DNA of 50,832 nt, filler included, from Jimgerdemannia flammicorona (taxonomy: Eukaryota): the NCBI GenBank assembly GCA_003990765.1. It is 2 parts of 2 records of this genome, joined end to end, with 100 filler letters (N's around TTAATTAATTAA, not from the genome) between each part and the next. Parts side by side here need not be neighbours in the genome. Positions count along the whole stretch, not along the records: positions 25,474 to 50,832 come from RBNJ01000841.1; 1 more part is not named here. One strand, 5' to 3'. The first letter of the stretch is position 1, and each line of letters begins with the position of its first letter. Positions 25,474 to 36,940 of the stretch are shown in pieces. The notes below the pieces were generated by a model that saw nothing but the letters and a program-made list of their open reading frames with translations, had not been told where the DNA came from and did no database searches. Position numbers and translations under genes: made by a program.

Positions 25474-27004
25474 AAAAAAAAAGAGGTTATTTTGCTTTAT
25501 TTTATTTTTCAGAAAGTAAAAAAAACTGATATAATATAAAATTGGTAGATTTTTTAGATCAATAGTAGTAATATTGATAAGATAAGCAGAATCTTAAGGC
25601 TAAATTTATCTAGACTCAATTCTATATCCCAAGTCTAGTAGATTTCAATTTTAAGATTTGATCTTCTAGAGAGCTAGAAAATAATATTCTATATGCAGAA
25701 TTAAGAAAAAGTAGGATGTCAGTATTCTATTAAGTTTTTAGAAAAGGAATATTAAAATCAATTTTGAACTATAACATTTTTTAAAATCTTCTACTTTATC
25801 AGCTAGTATTTTAAATTTATATCACAATTATATTATTCTAGATACTAAATATAAGAGAAGTTATTCTAGTAATTTAGAGAGAGATATTGAGAGATCAAGC
25901 AAGCTAAGTTTTAACAGATATTTATAAGAAGATATTTAAAGTTCAGAGAGCTGAATTGTATATAAAGCTTGAGCTGAAACTAGGTCTTATATATTAGTCA
26001 GCTATACTTTAATTTATATTAGAGGAATATATTGCTATATTATATTTCTCAACAATTTTAAATTAAAAATTAGATAGGATAAATAGGAGAAATACAGAAT
26101 AGCTATTATGGAGATAACTTTACTTCTCTTCAATACTTCTTACTAGATATAGTGACAAATTTCTCTACTTTATTTAATTTTTAATCAATTTAACACTCTT
26201 TACTATCTATCTCTAAAGAGAATTTTTAGAGGTATCCTAATATTCTCAGTATTCTTAACTTCAGTATTAGCATTCTCTTTAGTTTGATATAGATAGTGGT
26301 CAGATGAATTAAGTCAATCTAGAGTATATTTTTAACTTAGAGGATTTTAGTTTGAGCAGAATATGGCAAAAGTTAGTAATATATTTTTTGAGCTCTCTCA
26401 CTCATATTGATCAAGATATGATATCTGTTTTACTCTATATAGTCAAATATAAAAAATAGTATACTCCAAAATCTGAAAGTCTATTTTATAATTTGGCTTA
26501 TAGTATTAAAGTTTCTCTAAAGTTTAATATAATAATAGTATTTTATTCAAATCAACCATATGGCTTATTAGTTATAAGAGATGAGAAAGTTTTAAATAGT
26601 CTATTATTGAATATTTGTTACAAAAAAATCTATATATCTAATAGTAGTTTTTTATATTATATCATAAGTTTAGACATTTGACAGAAGTTATATATATATA
26701 ACTCTATTTAGAAGAGTAATGTTTTTTATCAGGAGGATTTTTTTTTAAAAAAAAAATTGCCTTTTTTGGCAGACTTACTGGCTAATCTATACTGAGTGAC
26801 TAGAGATTCAGTTTATTATATAAAGAATTTCTATAAATTCTAGCATATTGTAAAATAAATTTAAGCTAGTTCAAATTTATTATATAATAAATTCAAATTA
26901 GTTCAAATTTATCATATGATGAATTCAAACTAACTTGAATCAATTATATATATAATTGGTAAATTTAAATTAAGTTCAAATTTTCCTACTCAATAAGAGT
27001 ACTA
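25474..27004. mobile_element. Right-hand part of a hAT-related element carrying dioxygenase copy 2 (left end not seen before the gap)
   Basis: Ends ...caataagagtacta at 27004, the same TAGT(A/G)CTC TIR as 27392, 43042 and the MITE. Subterminal atcatatgatgaat at ~26911 also occurs at ~27436 and ~42983. Confidence 0.65.
25540..26650 (+). pseudogene. Decayed TET/JBP-like Fe(II) dioxygenase, copy 2
   Basis: Manual translation gives NYIILD..REVILVI, ILSIL and SSLTHIDQDMISVLLYI..LFYNLAYSIKV..NIIIVFYSNQP(Y from H)G. HxD at 26403-26411; the distal His codon would read TAT at 26559-26561. It aligns without gaps to the C-terminal domain of the minus-strand gene at 40390-40700. Confidence 0.65.
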
Positions 27005-27499
27005 GCTACTATATACTTAATAATTAAATATATAAAAGCTCTCAGTAGATTTTTTTTTTTTAGTCAATAACTAAAACTTATATTAAATAAAAAGAGATTG
27101 AAAATAATAATAAAGTAATTCTAAAATTCTGAATAAGTATATATTATCAAAGATTAGATATCTAAAGAATATTTTATATAATAGATTACTTTTTAAGTTT
27201 TTTTTAATAATCCTTAGATATATTTCTTAGTAAATTTCTTAGTAAATATATCTATATATTAATAATTTCCTTCTACCTCTTATATTGACTAATTTTTTTA
27301 GCAATTATTAATTAATTAATTTTTTTTTCTATAAGTACTAAATTCTTTTATTAATAAATCTATAATAAATATATAGCTCTTATACTATACTTAGTACTCC
27401 AAATGAGTCAATTTGAATCAAATATAGATTTAATTCATCATATGATGATTTGATCTAAATCTCAAATCTGAAGCTATCTGAATTAACTTAAATTAATCT

Positions 27500-27752
27500 G
27501 AATCATCTAATCCAAATTATCCCATCCAAATTATCCATCTGAATTACCCCATCTGAACCACCCCATCTGAACCACTTAATCTAAATTACTCAATCCAAAT
27601 CACTTAATCTAAATTACTCAATTCAAATCACTCAATCTAAATCACTTAATCTGAATTATCTAATTTGAATCCTTCAATTTGAAACCTCATCTAAATTCTT
27701 CAACTAAATCCTTCAATTCAAATCTTCTAATCCAAATCCTCTAATCTGAATT
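27500..27752. repeat. ~14-bp subterminal tandem array of the hAT left end (approx. ATC(C/T)(G/A)AATCAC(C/T)(C/T)A)
   Basis: About 17-18 degenerate units such as atctgaaccacccc and atccaaatcactta. The variation fits an ancestral ATCCGAA core. Confidence 0.8.
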
Positions 27753-28324
27753 CTTTACATAACTCATATACCAGATATATCTATATATACAATATATATA
27801 CATATAAAATGTATACATATAAATATGTAAATATATATATCAACAGATCAGTCTTCAATAGTTTACAGTACTGATGATACTTCAAGTCAAATATCTCTAA
27901 TAGTTCCACACCTTCTATACAATCCTTGCTCTGAAATCTGACAATATTGTACTAAGATAGGAGATAATATTATTTGTAACTATTACAGGTAAAAAATTAA
28001 AAATAATAATAATAAGATATATCTATGATATAACTGACACTTTGTTTAACATATATATGATACTGTTTCATCTATCTCTTTTATTAACTATCTATAACAT
28101 GCCACATGTCCTCATACAATATCAGTAGCCCCATTCTACCTCAATCTCAACCCACCTTCACACTCACTCAGCCTTGCACCTTTAGGGTGTGAGTTGTGAT
28201 TTTACTGCCCAAGTAACTAGATCCTTCTACTCAGCCTGTCCCACTCAAGAGTGGGTATAGGTTGTGAGCCCCAATCACCTCAAGTACTTGGCATCTAGTA
28301 TACCTGACCTATTCTTATTAGTGC

Positions 28325-28733
28325 CTCCTGTCTTGCCTGTCTTGCTCATCTTGCCCATCTTGTCCAGCTTGCCCATCTTGCCCATCTTGTCTGCCTGTAT
28401 TGCCCATATTGTCTGTATTACCTATATTGCTATCTTGCCATCTTGTCCATCTTACCCATCTTGCCTGTCTTGCCTATCTTGCCTGTCTTGTCCACCTGTA
28501 TTACCTGTGTTGCTTATATTGCCCATGTTGTCTATATTGTCTGTATTGCCCATATTGCCTGTATTGCCTGTTTTATCTGTTTTATCCATCTTGCCCATGT
28601 TGCCTGTCTTACTGTCTGCCTATCTTACCCATCTTGTCCATCTTGCTGTCTTGCCATCTTGCCTGTCTTGCCCATCTTGCCCACCTGTATTGCCTGTGTT
28701 GCCCATGTTGCCCATGTTGTCTGTATTGCCCAT
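28325..28733. repeat. 9-bp minisatellite (ttgcccatc/ttgcctgtc/ttgcccatg), left part
   Basis: Directly visible tandem units that continue after the LTR element. Confidence 0.95.
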
Positions 28734-29511
28734 TATAAGTACACAACCTCCAAGCTACCAAAATTGCATGTCATCCTCAGAACCAATTTGGAAACTACAT
28801 ACAAGACTACAAAACAAGTTACTGAAGAGATCATCTGGTTATACAAAATACATCAGCAAACATGAGAACCTACTGCCAAGACACAAGAATACCAGAAGAA
28901 GTACTATAACCATAAGACCAACTCTGAATCTCTATAACTAGTTTGGTATACTATACTATTATAAAAGAAAACTGAAAGTACCAAACTCAAACCAAGACAA
29001 GAAGAACCCTATCTCATCCATCAAGAGTTCATAAACTATACTTATCAAACTCAAGACCAAGATATACCATAACTATATAAGACCTCATTACTTAGCAGAA
29101 GCAAAATACATTTGAATAACTCTGTTCACTCTATCTGTATCATCTCCATTGGAGAATGACAGATGCTTCATCTGAACTTAAGAAAGCTGACATTGTCAAA
29201 ACCAATCTCAAGCCATCTACATGACAGATATTACTACTAGAAATTGTCTCGAATTATAGAAAATATCATTTCCAAGAGGTTTGAACCTCCAGCTGTAACA
29301 TTGGGAGCCCTCATCCTAGACAAGAATGGTCAGTTCTTACAAATGTACTAGCAGGCCAAAAAAAAAAGAGAACCAAGATCTGTTATCCTTATATGACTAC
29401 TGCCACCAAGGACAGCCTTAATCTTGTAAGAGATAGAAGTGATGATACCTTAAAACTGATGATGTCAGAAGTCAGAAAACTGCTCAGACTTTGCCAGAGA
29501 TGATGTCATCA

Positions 29512-30724
29512 CACCCCTTTCTCTGCTACCTTACTGGTCACAATAGTTTAGTAGGCAACCTTCCAAGTCTACTTTCTACAATTATTACCCTCTCTACTTT
29601 GGATTAGTTTGCTGTACCTATTGCAGGGCAGTGGGAGGGAGGCAATAGTGATAAGTTGCTCCTTTATCAGTGTCAGATCAGTGTCTTCTCCACTTTTTTG
29701 CAGTTTCTGGTGCCTTCAGCTGCATCTGGAGTGCATTTGTTTGGTACAGTGCCTTCTTCCTTTTGCTGTCACCAACAAGGTGCTGTCTTGGTATATCTTG
29801 GGCTATGTAGGGAGTCGGCTGACCTTGGGCATCAAGTGCTCAGTATAGGTTATATGTAGGTCCTCAGTGCCTATGATAGGGCCCTCTGGCTTTGACGAGC
29901 TTCCCGGCGAGTGTGGTTCTGGTATAGGTGATTGCTTTTCAGGTATTGTTGGGATGGGAGGAGAGATGACCATCACAGATAGGAAGAAGAGTGATAATGG
30001 TGAACCAGTGGGGTACCAGGCTAGGGGTGGTCATTGGGGCTGGCACAGACAATATTTTGGTGGGGCCTTTTGATTGGCTGGTGGGAGGTGGAGTGGTGCA
30101 GGGACCGGTATCCTGGCTATACCCAACTGGAACCAAGAGCTGATGCGGCAACACAATTGAGACCTGCAGGCTTGAGGAGTGGGGCCTTCCTCATATAGCT
30201 ATATCTGACTGGAACTGGGAGCTGATATGGTAATGTAATTGAGGCCTGCAGGCTCAGAGAGTGGGAGTGGGGTCTTTTCTGGCCCTAGCCCATATATAAG
30301 TCCTTTGTGGAAGGTTCTGCATATAAGTTCTTTACTCACCCACTTTGAATTCACTTTGCTCTCTACTGGTTAGTTGGGGAATTTTTCTTTTGCCTCAGGC
30401 TTTCTTTTGAGGTTTGGGGGGCTATTCTTTATTCAGTTCTGGTGCTGCTAGATCTGACACATAGGTGTGCTCTCATATATAAATGATGATCCAGTCCTGG
30501 TGAGCAGACAAGTCTAGTCTATGTTGTAGGGGTTAATGTAGCTGGTATTTGACAGGCATAGCTGGAGCAGTAAGACTGCTAGATAGTTTAATAGCCTAGA
30601 TTAATGAGGGAATATTGTTCAGTGGGTGGTGGGGGAGGGTTTTGGCCTATATAGTCTAGGTTTTCTTCCAATAAAAATCTGTAGGACTTGAGTCTATTAA
30701 AAAAAAAAAAAAAAAAAAAAAAAA
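29512..30724 (+). mobile_element. Family B non-autonomous retroposon, copy 2, inserted in the 5' LTR
   Basis: Starts cacccctttctctgctacc; poly(A) at 30699-30724; TSD gatgatgtcatca (29499-29511 / 30728-30740). Absent from the 3' LTR. Confidence 0.9.
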
Positions 30725-33489
30725 GATGATGATGTCATCAATAGTGATGTCATCAAAGACTAACCAGATAGCATCTAAATCTATAAATAGCTTAGCAGTC
30801 ATAGTATAGTTAGATTAGCCTTATACAACATGACTGTGAACTGACTCAGTAGTCAGATAATCTCTTAATATATCAGATCACCCTTATACTATATAACTGC
30901 ATTCTAACTCAGTAAGGTACTAAGTGTTACATCCATATTCAGCATAGTCCAGATAGCCCCTCACTAGTATAAATACCCCTTCCTCCAGACCTCAGAATCT
31001 CAGACTTGAATACTTGAACAATTTAAATATAACTTCTGAGCACTTCTCCACAATATCCCTTTATACAACTACTCTTAGTATAATAATATCATGAATAGTA
31101 AATAAACCTATTTGATAACCCACAAACTATTCTTAAGTAAATCCACTCCCCATTAGGTCTCACTTCTAACCCCATTATGAAATTTCCTAATTGAGTATTG
31201 TCTGCAGCAATATGCTAATTCAACTAAGCTGGTCTTAGTTTCTTGAACTTTCTGAAATATAGAAAATCCCAAATATTCAGAACTAGTCCAAAAAAGGACT
31301 TTGGTTGAGACATCAATCCGATCTTGAAATCAATAAGCATAGAGGATATACTCCATATGAAATTAATCTTGACCTTAAGAAAATGGTCTTCCAGAATATC
31401 CAGAACTTCCAGAAAACTCTTCCAAAACTATGTAATGGTTACTCTAAAAAGTAACTCTTTTACAACTTGGTAGCAGTGATTTACAATCCAATTCTGCTTC
31501 AAGATGCTTCCTCACCCCACTACAAACCCTTTTGAGAATTCCTATAAGTTGGTATAAAGCCCAACCTCTGAACTGGAATTATTCTGAACCATCTGACAAT
31601 CTGGAGAGAATTGAACCTGACATATAAGGATAATTTGACCTCCACACCTGCAACAAGTGGGACAAACTTCATTCAAAGAAAGAAATACTCTAGTTAAATC
31701 AGCAAATAGGTAAAACCCTATTCACTGAACTCCTTGCTCTACACCCAGCAAGTCAAGATGAAGAAGGTCTTATAGAAGCCTTCTTTACTCTTCTTAATAA
31801 GAGTTTTGTCAGCTCCACAAATCTGAGCAACCTAGGACAACCAGCAGCAGTCTTTCTAGTCTTAGTTTCTCATAAAGCCCAAGCCTCTGTAGTCAAGTGG
31901 CTCAACTCTACTGACTTTCACAATACCAGGACCAAGATCGCATTATACTACCATTTCCAGAACAGCAAGGCCTGCCATATTCTTAAAGAAGTAAGAGAAA
32001 CCCTTTATCAACTACCCAACCCTGAACCAGAAGCAGGCCCTGCTACAGCTCTACCTGAATCTGAAACTAATACTGAACCAGAACTTGACTTTGAATTAAG
32101 TCCATCCAAAATCAGATATATATGTAACTGATTCTGTCTACTTCAATACTAAGCAAATCCAACTATACAGAGACCAAACTGAAGAGAAGGAGGAGTATCT
32201 CAGTGAATTTGATCCTGAATACACCACCAAAGGAGATGCACCTCCATCAGGACAGAACACACCTACACTGCAACAAATAGCTATCTATAAAGCTCTTACT
32301 CCAGACCCACAACTACTACTCCAGCAACTTATACAAATCCAAAGAACTCCACCATACTCTGCACCAGTACCTCAAGTAGTACCAGTAACACCACTACCAG
32401 CAGTCCAACCACCTCTAGTAAACAACATGGTGAACCAATAGATTCTAGACCTCACAGCCCAGGTAGCAATAATAGCAGCAACCATTACTACCTTAGCCAA
32501 ATAGACCTGACCTACCAAAAATCTGAGTCTACCTATCTTCAATGGTACTGTACAAGAAGTCCAAAGCTTTATTAGTATAGTTGATACCAACTTTGAAGCC
32601 AATCAATGGACTAATGAGCAAGTTGCTGACCATCTTCTGATAAACAATCAAGACCACACTCTGGAACAACTCTTTGCTACCACTACAGCCTATGTCTGCT
32701 GAGTTGTTACATTCTTTCAAGGACCTACTGAAGAATGGTGGTGAACCCTTTCTGAAAAACCCCTCATATAGGACACCTGACCTGCAGTAGTCACTCAGAA
32801 TATAGCAAATAATGCCCCAGGATATGGAGCCCATCCTGCAGTCCCTGGACTCAAACAACTCATGATTGCTCAATACTATAGTGAAACTATAATTGCTAAA
32901 TCTTGAGTGAAACTCTGCAATCTCAAATTTAATATATATGGCAAAGAAGAATTCAAAACCTTCTATACAAAACTCAAGTTACTCCTGAATACTGTTGGCC
33001 TAGGATATATTACCAATGATGAAGCACAAAACAGTATAAGAGCAGACCATTTATTTGATGCCCTGCCTGAATGGCTTACTAGAAAAAACTGAGAACAAGG
33101 CTACCCAGTTGGTTGTAATTACCAATAATAGTATCTAGCAAGAATCAAGACTATGGTTAAGCAAATCCTAACAGCTGGACCAATTCTGCCTCAAAGACAA
33201 TTCAACAACACGGAAAAAACTTAGATCAAGAAAGAAGAACCTAAGTATAAAGCATCCTAAGCTCCCTCCACATCCACCTCTTGGATATCCAGAAATCATA
33301 AACTCATCCAGCCAAGTACCTTCAAGAAACTCACTGAAGGTAAAAGAAATGAACTTTGAAGAAGCAGAGCATGCTTCTATTGTCAAAAGACAGGACACAT
33401 GACCAGTACCTGCCTCAACTAAAAACCCCAAACAGCAACATGAGCAACTGTTACTACTCTGCACCACCTCAATAACCTGACTACCAGAA

Positions 33490-33901
33490 CACTGGACTTT
33501 GTCAAGTTAAGGCAAACTGCTAAGGCCCCAACCAAAGGAAGTCAAAAAGCAGCTAGATATGACCTGTATGCAGCTGAAGAAGCTACAGTTTTCAACTGAG
33601 AAGTTAAGCAAGTCTACACAGGAATCAGTATCCAAATCCCTAAAGAACATATTGGAAGAATATACTGTCACAGCAGTCTAGCATTGAAAGAACTCTCAGT
33701 AGAAGGAGGAGTCATTGATGAAGATTATACAGGTGAAATTATTGTTCTTATCCGAAACCACAGTTGGATACCCTTTAAGATCCCCATTGGTTTCTGTATT
33801 GCCCAGATCCTATTCAAAAAAATTGAGTCAACTCTGATAGTCAAGGAAGTCCCTGAACTACTGCCCACCATCTGAGGAGCTAAAGGATTTGGCTCATCAA
33901 A
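33490..33901 (+). pseudogene. Retrotransposon-borne trimeric dUTPase domain
   Basis: VKLRQTAKAPTKGSQKAA(R from G)YDL, TGISIQIP, GRIYCHSSLA, GGVIDEDYTGEI, IAQI and *GAKGFGSS correspond to dUTPase motifs I-V. Confidence 0.93.
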
Positions 33902-36359
33902 TAAGGCCCCAGCCCAACCTACCATGAACAAAGAAGAATAATTCTATAAGAAAATTGAAGACAGATATGTACCAAGTGGCTGATGTTCCCATGGTATTGG
34001 AATGCACTCTTCCCAAATGATTGATGATTGCTTCTTTTGTGTCAATGAACTGGCTCAAAGAAGAACCAACAGAAGGAAAGCCTCAATAACTGAAATAACC
34101 ACCATTGGATCAGACAAACTGCTTATACTTCAAGCTTTTGTCAACTGAGTACCTGTTAAGATTATGATAGACAGTGGTACCTCAGACAACTTCATCAATG
34201 AAGAAACAGCCAACAGACTCAAGGTCTTCATCTCTCCAGTATAACAAACTCAAGCAGTTGCTACAGCTGATGGAACCTCACATGTTATTAGCAAGAAAGT
34301 CCACAATCTGCTCTTCCAAATTAGTGACTACTGAGTACATATTACCCTCCAAATTGTACCACTTCCTGATAATGAAATTATCCTTGGAACTCCATGGTTG
34401 AAACAAGAGAACCCTATGATCAATTGGGTAAACCATTCTCTGACCATCAAAAAAGGATGCCACAACTTCAAACTATAAGGTGAAAAGGATCCACTCAGTT
34501 CTACTGACCCTGGACCAAAGATCACCCACATCAATAAGCTACAGCTTAAGAAATTGGCCAAGAAATGTCCTCTCTTTGCCATCTCCATCCATCTATCCAA
34601 AGGAGAACCTGAGAACTCTGAAGAAGACTTTTCCAAAGTTGATAGCCATGTCAGACCACTACTCCAGAAAGTCTGAGATATATTTCTGAACTGAACCACA
34701 GAACCACCTGCACCTGTCATTATTAATAACTAAGAAGAGTATGAAGTTGAACAAATCCTCAACAAACATAGCCACAAGAATCATCCAAATGGTACAATAA
34801 CACTAGAATAAATTAGAAGACCCCAATGAGGATGTCGAAAGCTAAGAAGGAGAGAGTTATAAGCACATAACCTCTAAGTTATCAAAATTGCATGTCATCC
34901 TCAGAACTAATTTAGAAACCACATACAAGACTACAAAACAAGTTACTGAAGAGATCATCTGGTTACACAAAATATGCCAGCAAATACGAGAACCTACTGC
35001 CAAGATACAAGAATACCAGAAGAAGTACTACAACCATAAGACTGACTCTGAACCTCTATAACTAGTTTGGTATACTGTACTATTACAAAAGGAAACTGAA
35101 AGTACCAAACTCAAACCAAGATAAGAAGGACCCTATCTCATCCATCAAGAGTTCATGAACTGCACTTATCAAACTCAAGACCAAGATATACCATGACTAT
35201 ATAAGACCTCATTACTTAGTAAAAGCAAAACACATTTGAATAACTCTGTTCACTCTATCTATATTACCTCTATTGGAGAATGATGGATGCTTCATCTGAA
35301 CTCAAGAAAGCTGACATTATTGAAACCAATCTCAAGCCATCCATATGATAGATATTACTACTAGAAATTGTCTCAGATTACAGAAAATATCATTTCTAAG
35401 AGGTTTGAACCCCCAGCTATAACATTGGAATCCCTTGCCCTAGACAAGGATGGCCAGTTCTTACAAATGCACCAGCAGACCAAAAAAAAAAGAGAACCAA
35501 GACCTGTTATCCTTGTATGACCACCACCACCAAGAACAGTCTTAATCTTATAAGAGATAGAAGTGACGATATCTTGAAACTGATGATGTCAGAAGTCAGA
35601 AAACTGCTCAGACTTTGCCAGAGATGATGTCATCAATAGTGATGTCATTAAAGACTAACCAGACAGCATCCAAATCTATAAATAGCTTAGCAGTCATAGT
35701 ATAGTTAGATTAGTCTTGTATAATGTAACTGTGAACTGACTCAGTAGTCAGACAATCTCTTGATATATCAGATCACTCTTGTACTATATGACTGCATTCT
35801 GACTCAGCAAGGCACTAAGTGCTACATCCATATTCAGCATAGTCCAGATAGCCCCTCATTAGTATAAATACCCCCTCTTCCAGACCTCAGAATCTCAGAC
35901 TTGAATACTTGAACAATCTGAACACAACTCCTGAGTACTTCTCCACAATATCCCTTTACACAACTACTCCTAGTATAGCAATATTATGAATAGCAAATAA
36001 ATCTATTTAATAACCCACAAACCACTCTTAAGTAAATCCACTCTCCATTAGGTCCTACTCCTAACCCCATCACGAAATTTTCTAATTAGGTATTATCTGT
36101 AGTGATATGCCAATTCAACTGAGCTGGTCTTAGTTTCTTGAACTTTCTGAAATATGGAAAATTCTGAATATCCAGAACTAGTCCAAAAAAGGACTTTGGT
36201 TGAGACATCAACCTGATCTTGAAATTAATAAGTATAGAGGATGTACTCCATACAAAATTGATCTTGACCTTAAGAAAACAGTCTTCTAGAATATCCAGAA
36301 CTTCCAGAAAACCCTTTCAGAACTATGTAACAGTTACTCTAAAAAGTAACCCTCTTACA

Positions 36360-36940
36360 CTCATGTTGCCCATATTGCCTACTCATGTTGCCCATGTTGC
36401 CTGTATTCTGTATTGCCAATGTTACCTGTTTTGTCCATTTTGCCCATTTTACCTATCTTGTCCATGTTACCTGTCTTGCCATCTGCCCATCTTGCCCATA
36501 TCACCCATCTTGCCATCTTATCCATCTTGCCTATCTTGCCCATCTTACCCATCTTGCCTGTCTTATCTATCTTGACCATATTATCTATCTTGTCATCTTG
36601 CTATCTTATCTGTCTTACCCATGTTGCCTATCTTGTCATCTTGCTATCTTGTCTGTCTTGTCTGTCTTGCCTGTCTTGCCCATCTTACCCATCTTACCTG
36701 TCTTGCCTATCTTACCTATCTTACCTATCTTGCCTGCCCATGTTACCTATGTTCTCTATGTTGTCTATGTTGTCTATTTTGCCTATTTTACCTATGTCAC
36801 CTGTCTTGCCATCTATCCATCTTACCTATATCACCCATCTTACTATCTTGCCATCTTATCCATCTTGCCCATCTTACCTGTCTTGTCCACCTGTGTTGCC
36901 CATGTTGCCCATATTGCCCATGTTGCTCATATTGCCCATC
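36360..36940. repeat. 9-bp minisatellite, right part
   Basis: Same units as 28325-28733; the array is split by the Ty3 insertion (TSD cccat/ctcat). Confidence 0.95.

Larger units (their letters stand above)
28734..36359 (+). mobile_element. Ty3/gypsy (chromovirus-type) LTR retrotransposon, internally deleted: gag-dUTPase-protease-(no RT/RH/IN)-chromodomain fragment
   Basis: 1502-bp LTRs at 28734-31464 (including a 1229-bp insert) and 34858-36359, with t(g>a)taag...ttaca ends. TSD cccat/ctcat; PBS tggtagcagtg at 31468-31478; PPT aagaaggagagag at 34844-34856. Motifs: CFYCQKTGHMTSTC ~33372, dUTPase ~33490-33900, IDSG 34167-34178, IILGTPWL ~34378, PPAPVII..EEYEVEQILNK ~34700-34770. Confidence 0.93.

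Noticed and set aside
28264..28941. Long L/P/C-rich ORFs on the + strand (also 36385-37055)
   Set aside because: They are stop-free by-products of the 9-bp minisatellite, open in several frames, and run across element boundaries.
29521..29530. ctctgctacc at the family B 5' end resembles the 3' end of initiator tRNA-Met
   Set aside because: Only 10 nt, with no upstream tRNA body or A/B boxes; better explained as a pyrimidine-rich LINE-type 5' end.
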